Shown here: piece after piece, positions 7,362-14,183 of the stretch
Numbering within the stretch: position 1 is the first letter of the stretch
How the letters are laid out: each line of letters opens with the position of its first letter
Origin: Candidatus Woesearchaeota archaeon
Lineage (GTDB): Archaea; Nanobdellota; Nanobdellia; Woesearchaeales; SKGA01
Direction: 5' to 3'
NCBI GenBank assembly: GCA_016926395.1
Contig: JAFGOT010000019.1
Location: 1-29,146, forward strand
Length of the DNA stretch: 29,146 bases
Program-made: the position numbers and the translations under genes
Notes under the pieces: model-generated
What the model was told of the DNA's origin: nothing
Database searches by the model: none
What the model saw: only the letters and a program-made list of their open reading frames with translations

Positions 7362-7673
7362 ATGGGAAAAATAATAAGTTCGAAAAGGAGCGGATCAGAA
7401 ATTTTATTTGAGGTTGAAGTAGGACCTGAAGAAGCCACTATTTTAAATGGTCATTATGATGATGTTCACCTTTTTACTGAACGGGTTGCAAACATTGATG
7501 CGAACATTTCTTCAAGGGGAAAAAATTCAGCTACAAAATACTTTCTTATTCCTCGTCAACTTAGAAAGAATCTTGATTATTTTCAACCTGTTGGTTGTCA
7601 AAAAATAGAGACGGGAGATAAAGTTATCTTTATTTATGTTGTTGATAAAGATGGTAAGCGAGTAACTACTTAG
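7362..7673 (+). CDS. Small conserved DPANN-type protein with AbrB-like hairpin, divergent partner of the AbrB-PhoU gene
   Basis: RBS AGGTG. The segment SRGKNSATKYFLIPRQLRK resembles the AbrB-type 'xxxxIPxxxR' signature. Confidence 0.7.
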   Translation: MGKIISSKRSGSEILFEVEVGPEEATILNGHYDDVHLFTERVANIDANISSRGKNSATKYFLIPRQLRKNLDYFQPVGCQKIETGDKVIFIYVVDKDGKRVTT

Positions 7674-7724
7674 TGTTGTTTTTTTAGTTATTCTTTTAAA
7701 TGGTTATTTTTTTCACTTATTTAT

Positions 7725-7967
7725 ATGGATTCAATACATGGACATGAGGTTATTACTTTTATCAAAGAATCAAAGCCACAAATTTCTAGACATAATTTGG
7801 AAATTGCAATCTCTAAGAAATTTGGGAGTGAAAGCATTTTTCATACTTGTGTTTTAAATAATCTTTCTGCTGCTGATTTAATTGCTTTTTTAGAGCGAGC
7901 AGGAAAATTAGTTGTTCGAAATGGTATTTCTTATATTAATTCGGATTTGATTTGCGATGATGAGTGA
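7725..7967 (+). CDS. yecH: YecH/DUF2492 family probable metal-binding protein
   Basis: SIHGHEV, KFGSESIFHTC, LxAADLIAFL.RAGK and terminal ICD match the YecH motifs (SIHGHEV..FG...FHTCS..C.H). Confidence 0.8.
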   Translation: MDSIHGHEVITFIKESKPQISRHNLEIAISKKFGSESIFHTCVLNNLSAADLIAFLERAGKLVVRNGISYINSDLICDDE

Positions 7968-8016
7968 ATTTTATGATTAATTTTATAAATAGATTTAGAA
8001 CTACGTAATACTTAAT

Positions 8017-8346
8017 ATGACTTTAACTAATATAGTTGGCAATGTCCAAGCAAAAGAAATTATGGATTATGTAGTTGAGCGATATGCTGAATCAGTTGAT
8101 AATTATGCTGCTAATATGGCTAGACTTCCTACAAAGGAGACCATCTTATCAGAAATTCAAGATTTAGCTGAATGTAACAATTGTGATGCTGTTAAATTAT
8201 TCCATCAGGTTACTGTTGACAAAGCATACCAAAAACAACTTGCAAATGCAGGTCTTCGAGTTAGTGCTGGTTTAATCGAGCCTAGTACTGAGTTAAAAAG
8301 ACAACGAGAACACAAGCAGTTTTTAGTGAATAAATATCAACAATGA
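8017..8346 (+). CDS. Hypothetical helical protein
   Basis: 109-aa ORF with a TATA-like TTTTATAAAT (about 7981-7990) about 27 nt upstream and an oligo-T after the stop. Confidence 0.7.
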   Translation: MTLTNIVGNVQAKEIMDYVVERYAESVDNYAANMARLPTKETILSEIQDLAECNNCDAVKLFHQVTVDKAYQKQLANAGLRVSAGLIEPSTELKRQREHKQFLVNKYQQ

Positions 8347-8377
8347 GTTGATTTTATTTTTTTTATTTTTTAGAATT
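8347..8377. terminator. Oligo-T terminator between convergent genes
   Basis: ttttatttttttttattttttag lies between the stops at 8346 and 8378. Confidence 0.5.
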
Positions 8378-9070
8378 TTATTCATCTTCCTCTTCAGTAA
8401 ATATTTCACCAAGAGTTGCTATTTTTTCATGTCTTTCTTTTCTTTTCTTATTGTGATCTTTTTCAAGAAGCATCAATATAACTCCTAAAAGTCCAAGTAT
8501 TATTATTGAGAATATGACATCTTTTCCAGTTAGTGCTTTCTCTTTAAGAACTTCAGGACTGCAAACATCTGAATTTTGTTTGTCATTTTCACCGATCGGT
8601 GCTTCATCTCTTGCTGTTGTTGTTTGATTATCTGTTTCTTTTTCTAAGACTATAGAATTATTATATGGTGAACTAGGATTTTTTTCCGGAATTGATGGGA
8701 TGTCAGCTGTTGTTGAAGATGGTTTTTGTGGTACTTCCCCGGGCACAAAAATTGTTAATTGTTGGTTAGTTACATTGATTGTGTCGTTTAATGTTATGTT
8801 TATTCTGTATATTCCCGGTGTTCTTGGAGCATATATACGACACGTTTGGTAACAATTGTTATCAACACAATATGAACAAGAAATAGTATTTCCATTTGGG
8901 TCTGTTATGAATGAATAGATATCTCTGCTAGTTCCTGGATTTAGATTCATGGATGTGATGGTGAGTGTTGGTAGGCTGTTAACGATGTTTGCAGTAGCTA
9001 ACGCTGCACTAACAAGTCCTATTAGTAAAAGAAATGCTGCCAAATAAGGCACTATTTTCGTGAAAACCAA
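8378..9070 (-). CDS. Membrane-anchored surface protein (signal peptide, small Cys-containing Ig-like domain, P/S/T linker, C-terminal TM with basic tail)
   Basis: TTG 9070 is preferred over ATG 9094 because GAGGT lies 8 nt upstream. Signal IVPYLAAFLLLIGLVSAALA; CSYCVDNNCYQTC; TM VIFSIIILGLLGVILMLL; several N-x-S/T sequons. Confidence 0.75.
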   Translation of the reverse strand: MVFTKIVPYLAAFLLLIGLVSAALATANIVNSLPTLTITSMNLNPGTSRDIYSFITDPNGNTISCSYCVDNNCYQTCRIYAPRTPGIYRINITLNDTINVTNQQLTIFVPGEVPQKPSSTTADIPSIPEKNPSSPYNNSIVLEKETDNQTTTARDEAPIGENDKQNSDVCSPEVLKEKALTGKDVIFSIIILGLLGVILMLLEKDHNKKRKERHEKIATLGEIFTEEEDE

Positions 9071-11769
9071 CTCATCAAACCTCTTTTTTTGCAATGTTTT
9101 TCGATAACTGCTATTGTTTCCTCTTTTGTGGTAACTAGCTTAATTTTATCGGATAATTTATTATCTTGGAAGTTATTTATTATAAAGTCTGCGATTTTGT
9201 TCTTCTTTTTGGTTACTAATTCTTCAAATTGTTTCTTATTTGCTTTTTGAATATATTCATATATGTCAAAAACTGACCTTAGATATGTCTTTCCAATTTT
9301 AATTGCGTTTTTAGGTGTTGTTGGTAATATGTATTTTGTTTTGAATTTTTTTTGCTCTTTTGCCTCTTCACTTAAGAGTTCTTTTCCAGGATTAACTGTT
9401 AAATTTATCAGCAATCCCATAGCAATAATCATAAATATTGAAATTAAACCCCATTTTATTGAATTACTTGATAGTCCAACTACGTTTCCAGTGATTTTAT
9501 TTTCTGTTCCTTCTTTGTAAATTAACACTTGCGCTGATTCTATTGGTTTTTTTATTAGTGTTTTTATTTTATTTGTGTTTGATACTTTTATAGCAAGACC
9601 TTCTTTTGTTTCAATTATTGGGTTGTTATCTGTAGTTTGTATTACATCTTCCTTGTTTATCTCTTTTGGGAGGATAACAAAGAATATAGCATCATCAAGT
9701 GTTGATTCTGATGTAATTTCATAAACGGTCTCTTTATGGTCTTCTGTTTCTATCTCAATTTCTTTTATAGTGTTGGTAAATACTATTTTTGTTTCTTTGT
9801 TATCATAACGCATTGATTTTACTAGTTTATTTGTGTTCGTTGTTGGTTCAAGTCTTAGTGTCCTTATTACTTCTTCATCAAATTCGTCAGTATTAGCAGG
9901 TATTTTAACATCTAAACTTTTAGAATTATCTTCTGTTATTTTTACAGGATATTTTTGAAGTTCATTTTCTAAATTTTCTAAACTCTCTTTTAATTCATCA
10001 AGCTCTTTTATTGTTGTACTTGCCTTTGTTAGTATTGTTTCTATTTTTGATTGAATCTCGTTTAGTTTGTTTTCATTTAGTTGCAAATCTGAAAAATATT
10101 TCTCGTTTAGAATGTTGTTTTTTGTTGTTGATTTTATTAAGTCAATTTTATTTTGATTTTCGTTTATCAAATCTTGAATGTCGCTGATGATTTCAAGTTC
10201 AGTTGAGCTTAGAATTTTGCTTTCTTCTTCTTTTTCTTCTTTTACTTCTTCAATTGTTATTGATTGAACTGCAGATAATAATCCTTCGTTATGATGATCG
10301 TCCACTGGTGAAACTCTATAATTGTATGTGTTTCCAACTTCTACGTTATCATCTTTATAGTAATTTGAAGATGTTCTGTCATATAAATCAAATTCATCGA
10401 CATTAGAATCATTTATTTTTCTATATATGTTATATGTTGCTATATCTTCGTTAGGTGCAAACCATTGCATGAATGAATCTGTTCCTTGTTGAGTTATTTG
10501 TATTGATGTAATTTTTTGTGGTTTTATTGGATCTACAACAAAATATTTGCCTTTTACAATTGAAATTGATTCGTCATTTTCTGTAAGTGCAAATTCGCCA
10601 ATTTGTTTTGCAGTAGATTCTTCTATGTTGAATAATCCCTGCCATTGGTCTCCATCTCCTTCTAATGGAATTACTCTTGTGGTTCCTGATGAAATAAGTT
10701 GATATGTTAATTCAGGATTTTCTACATCGAAATCTAAAATAACTTCCACTTCAAAGATTCCACTTGTTATTTCATCTTTGTCAAATAATATTGTTGCTTT
10801 ATTTTGCTCTTGTTTTTTTACTGTTATTGTTGTTGGATTAGACAGCTTTCCAAATTCATTTTCACAAATAATTTTTGCTTGTGTGTAGTCTGTGTTAAAA
10901 TACCATTCGTGATATGTTTCTGATAAGCTCATTGTTGTTTGCATATACTCTGGATTTGTAATGGATAAATCATATGTATAGTAACACTGTTTTGCATTTA
11001 ATGTGTTAATTCTAATTATTTGATCCCATTTTTTTAAATCGTATGTTTTAGGGTTATAATCAGTTACTTTAGCGTCTGGACTGTTTATACTAAAAATTAT
11101 TTTCTTTGGAAGTGAAAGAACATTATTTGTATTTTTACAAACCACGTTGAATTTTTGTTCCCCTTCATCTAAATATAAGCTTGCAGTGTGTTCTTTTTGA
11201 TCACCATTGAATGTATATTGCATATCATTAAATGTTGTTCTTGAAGAATCATATTTACAGATCGTATTCTGGTCTGTTGTTACTTCCAGAAGGACTGCGG
11301 ATACATCTAAGTCGCCCCTTGGTTTAGCTTGTATTATGTTTGGAGGATTAGTTGTTGCGTTGGCAGGGTTTATGGCAATTGTGTATGCTACTTGAGTTTC
11401 TTTTACAGATGATCCTTGTAATATATTTATATTTACTAAACCAACTTTCTGTTCGCTACACGTACTTTGAAAATTTATATTTCCTAAGTTTATTTCTTGG
11501 TTAGCAGTGTAATTTGCAATAAATAAATTTAATGGGGTACTTATTAAGTTAGAAATGTCGCTTGTTACTTCGATTGTTATGTTGTTGTAGTTTTGTTCCA
11601 AAACAAAGCTTGGTATTGTTTTTGTTGTGGTGTTTGGTTGGTCGCCACAAAGAGCGATATGTTCTTGAGTTATTTCAAATGCTTGAGCAATGCTTGTTAA
11701 TGATAGAGTTAAAACTATTAAAAACAAAATATTTATTGTTGTTTTAGTTTTTTTAGTTTCTGTGTTCAT
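9052..11769 (-). CDS. Large surface protein: Ig/Fn3-like domains, coiled coil, TM and cytoplasmic DUF5752-like domain
   Basis: Signal peptide; Fn3-like MQWFAP..YNIYRK..YYKDDNVEVGNTYNYRVSPVD; heptad-rich region; TM WGLISIFMIIAMGLLINLTV; tail GKTYLRSVFDIYEYI..NKIADFIINNFQDNKLSDKI. Confidence 0.8.
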   Translation of the reverse strand: MNTETKKTKTTINILFLIVLTLSLTSIAQAFEITQEHIALCGDQPNTTTKTIPSFVLEQNYNNITIEVTSDISNLISTPLNLFIANYTANQEINLGNINFQSTCSEQKVGLVNINILQGSSVKETQVAYTIAINPANATTNPPNIIQAKPRGDLDVSAVLLEVTTDQNTICKYDSSRTTFNDMQYTFNGDQKEHTASLYLDEGEQKFNVVCKNTNNVLSLPKKIIFSINSPDAKVTDYNPKTYDLKKWDQIIRINTLNAKQCYYTYDLSITNPEYMQTTMSLSETYHEWYFNTDYTQAKIICENEFGKLSNPTTITVKKQEQNKATILFDKDEITSGIFEVEVILDFDVENPELTYQLISSGTTRVIPLEGDGDQWQGLFNIEESTAKQIGEFALTENDESISIVKGKYFVVDPIKPQKITSIQITQQGTDSFMQWFAPNEDIATYNIYRKINDSNVDEFDLYDRTSSNYYKDDNVEVGNTYNYRVSPVDDHHNEGLLSAVQSITIEEVKEEKEEESKILSSTELEIISDIQDLINENQNKIDLIKSTTKNNILNEKYFSDLQLNENKLNEIQSKIETILTKASTTIKELDELKESLENLENELQKYPVKITEDNSKSLDVKIPANTDEFDEEVIRTLRLEPTTNTNKLVKSMRYDNKETKIVFTNTIKEIEIETEDHKETVYEITSESTLDDAIFFVILPKEINKEDVIQTTDNNPIIETKEGLAIKVSNTNKIKTLIKKPIESAQVLIYKEGTENKITGNVVGLSSNSIKWGLISIFMIIAMGLLINLTVNPGKELLSEEAKEQKKFKTKYILPTTPKNAIKIGKTYLRSVFDIYEYIQKANKKQFEELVTKKKNKIADFIINNFQDNKLSDKIKLVTTKEETIAVIEKHCKKRGLMSWFSRK

Positions 11770-12941
11770 CCTTTTTTTCTAATATATGTTATCAGTAATA
11801 ATGCAACAACAATTGCTATTGCTAAGAATAATAATACATTTTCAGTCGTGATTCCTTTTTCTTCCTGAGGATTAACATTTATTGGAGTTGTTTTCTCAAA
11901 TGTTTCTTTTCCATCATATTGCATTGTTCCTTGAATGAAATATTTTCCTGCTTTTTTTGGATTAAACTCTATTTCAAATGCTATTTCTTCACCAGGATTT
12001 ATTTGTCTTGATTTTGTAGCTATTACTTCTATTAGTTCACCATCAAGTTCGATTGTTCCTACAAATTGTGCTTCTTTAATTAATTGTGTTCCTGTGTTTT
12101 TTGCTAGGGCGTGAATTTTAATCTTGTCACCTGCATTATTCCAAACATTTTCAGGATATAGACTTGTAAATGTTAGTTGTGAACTGGTGCTTCCCCATTC
12201 TAGAATATCAAATGTTAGTAGTTTGCTGTAATCTTGACAGTTAGGAACTTTGACGTTGATAAAGTATTGTCCAGGTTTAAGACTTTGTTCGATTTCTTCT
12301 GTGATTGTTTTTCTTTGTGTAGGTCTAACTATTTCGTTATTTTTTTGACCTGTTATTTCTTCTTTATCATCTTTGTTTGTTATTGTGTATTGTATTTCTG
12401 GTTTTGCGTCGATGTTTCCGTTATTATATATACTAACATCCAGATTTAGCGGATCAAATATTTCTACGTTACTTATTTTTGCATCAACCACTCTACAGTC
12501 AGTTACTCTGTTTGACGTTATCGTTATGTTTAATTTAGAAACAAGGCCTGGTTCTATGATTACGCTAGTTTGCCCTTCGGGTGTTTGGTCTGATTTTATT
12601 GAAAATCTTAATGCGCCTTCATAATTTCCGTTTGCTACTGAATCTCCCGGTTCAATAATCATTTTGATTGTTTTAGGGTTATTTTCTGAAACATAAAATG
12701 AAGTTTCTTCTGGTTCAAATTTTATCCACTTGTTTATTGCTGAATCATCTAATTTCATTTCAACCAGTGTATCTTCTTGAGAATTTACATTTAGGAGAAA
12801 TTCTGTTTCATAATATCCTCCTTGGACCATGTTTGGTATTTCTATTGATGCCGGTCTTAGAGAAATCTGAAGTGCAGTCACATTACTCATTATTGTTAGA
12901 AAGATTAATACTGCTAATAATACTTTGATTGTTTTCGCCAC
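11766..12941 (-). CDS. Membrane-anchored surface protein with three Ig/CARDB-like domains (DUF916/chaperone-like N-domain)
   Basis: GTG start; signal ending VTA|LQISLRPASIEI; NGNYEGALRF; YNNGNIDAKP; KNTGTQ..PKKAGKYFIQGTMQY; C-terminal TM VLLFLAIAIVVALLLITYI followed by RKKG. Overlaps the next gene by 4 bp. Confidence 0.8.
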   Translation of the reverse strand: MAKTIKVLLAVLIFLTIMSNVTALQISLRPASIEIPNMVQGGYYETEFLLNVNSQEDTLVEMKLDDSAINKWIKFEPEETSFYVSENNPKTIKMIIEPGDSVANGNYEGALRFSIKSDQTPEGQTSVIIEPGLVSKLNITITSNRVTDCRVVDAKISNVEIFDPLNLDVSIYNNGNIDAKPEIQYTITNKDDKEEITGQKNNEIVRPTQRKTITEEIEQSLKPGQYFINVKVPNCQDYSKLLTFDILEWGSTSSQLTFTSLYPENVWNNAGDKIKIHALAKNTGTQLIKEAQFVGTIELDGELIEVIATKSRQINPGEEIAFEIEFNPKKAGKYFIQGTMQYDGKETFEKTTPINVNPQEEKGITTENVLLFLAIAIVVALLLITYIRKKG

Positions 12942-13088
12942 TTTGTTACACCCAAACCCCTTATAATATGTATATACTTTATTTTTGTTTCATTTATAAA
13001 TTTTGGTGTTGTGTTTAGTTTTGTTTTTTCTTATTTTTTCTTTATTTAGTTGAATTTACAAATTACCACTGTCTTGTAGTATGAAAAC

Positions 13089-13150
13089 TTTATAAACTTG
13101 GACGGGATAAATGTATACTGTTTGGGATAAAAAGTTCCTGGTTGGGATTA
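13089..13150 (+). promoter_or_regulatory. TATA box followed by three phased GGGAT(A/T)A boxes
   Basis: TTTATAAA at 13089-13096; GGGATAA at 13104 and 13124, GGGATTA at 13144, giving an exact 20-bp period. Confidence 0.65.
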
Positions 13151-13211
13151 ATCCTAGCAATTCATATTCCCCTCCCAAAAAACGCATCAAATATGCGAGG
13201 TGTGTAAAACA

Positions 13212-14102
13212 ATGAAATTAAAACTATTATTGACTATGTTTGTATTGGTCGGTCTTCTATCTGTTGGTGTTGTTCTTGCAGAAGATGGAACAACTCAGGT
13301 AACAATTCTTAACACTGCCCCTAGTGCAGGAACTCCTCAGTTAAATGATGCTGTTACTGGTGATGAAGTTATGACTTTAACTGCAAATGCTACGACAACT
13401 ATAACTTGTTTTGGTACTGCTTCCGATGCTGATGGCTTAACTGACATTACTGGTGTGAGTGGTGTTATTTGGTCTGCAAACTCAGCTTATGGCTCTGCAG
13501 ATGCTGAACCTAATCATTATAGTGATGCTGATTGTGGATATAATTCGGGTGATGGTTCTTACTCGTGTAGTTTTGACGTTCAATTTTATGCTGATGCAGC
13601 TCTTTGGACTTGTAATGTAACTGCAACAGACAATGCTGCTGATACTGGATCTGCAACTGATACTGCAACCATGAATCAATTAATGGCTTTAGATATTCCT
13701 AACAACACAGACATCGACTTTGGATCTTTATCCGTTGGTCAAAGTGCTGAAGGTGGATCTTTAAATGTTGTATTTGAAAATCAAGGTAATGTTGCATTTG
13801 ATGTAGATGTTGACGCTTGGGAAACTGCAGGTAACTCAAACAGTGCAAATTCATTTAGTTGTACTTCAGGAAACATTGGTATTGGTCAATTAAAAGCTGA
13901 CCTTGTTGATCAAGCATCTTATGCTGCATACACTTACACAATGACCACTTCTGGTTATGTAACTGTTGATGCGAGTTTAGCTCAACAAACAAGTGGTTCA
14001 ACTCCTACAAGCGACACTCTATACTTCGGTCTTCAAATCCCTGGTAGTGTTAGTGGTACTTGTACTGGTGTATTCTCCTTGCAAGCAACTGCAGATGTAT
14101 AA
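13212..14102 (+). CDS. Secreted acidic Cys-containing surface protein; candidate major filament/S-layer-like subunit (module A + terminal module C)
   Basis: ATG 13212 follows the RBS GAGGTG. Signal MKLKLLLTMFVLVGLLSVGVVLA; no TM anchor; T/S/D/G/A-rich. Shares both modules with the next gene and is followed by a strong terminator. Confidence 0.85.
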   Translation: MKLKLLLTMFVLVGLLSVGVVLAEDGTTQVTILNTAPSAGTPQLNDAVTGDEVMTLTANATTTITCFGTASDADGLTDITGVSGVIWSANSAYGSADAEPNHYSDADCGYNSGDGSYSCSFDVQFYADAALWTCNVTATDNAADTGSATDTATMNQLMALDIPNNTDIDFGSLSVGQSAEGGSLNVVFENQGNVAFDVDVDAWETAGNSNSANSFSCTSGNIGIGQLKADLVDQASYAAYTYTMTTSGYVTVDASLAQQTSGSTPTSDTLYFGLQIPGSVSGTCTGVFSLQATADV

Positions 14103-14135
14103 GGCTTAAGCCTTATTTTTTTTATTTTTTTATTT
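14099..14135 (+). terminator. Intrinsic terminator/attenuator
   Basis: Perfect 18-bp palindrome ATAAGGCTTAAGCCTTAT (14099-14116) overlaps the stop codon and is followed by long T-tracts. Confidence 0.75.
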
Positions 14136-14183
14136 CTATTTTTTAAGATAATTTTTTAAAGAACTCTTTCTAACTTTAATTCA

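Noticed and set aside
9263-12928. Plus-strand short ORFs at 9263, 10203, 11207, 11562, 12234, 12373 and 12698
   Set aside because: Antisense to long, well-supported genes, with no RBS or family motifs.
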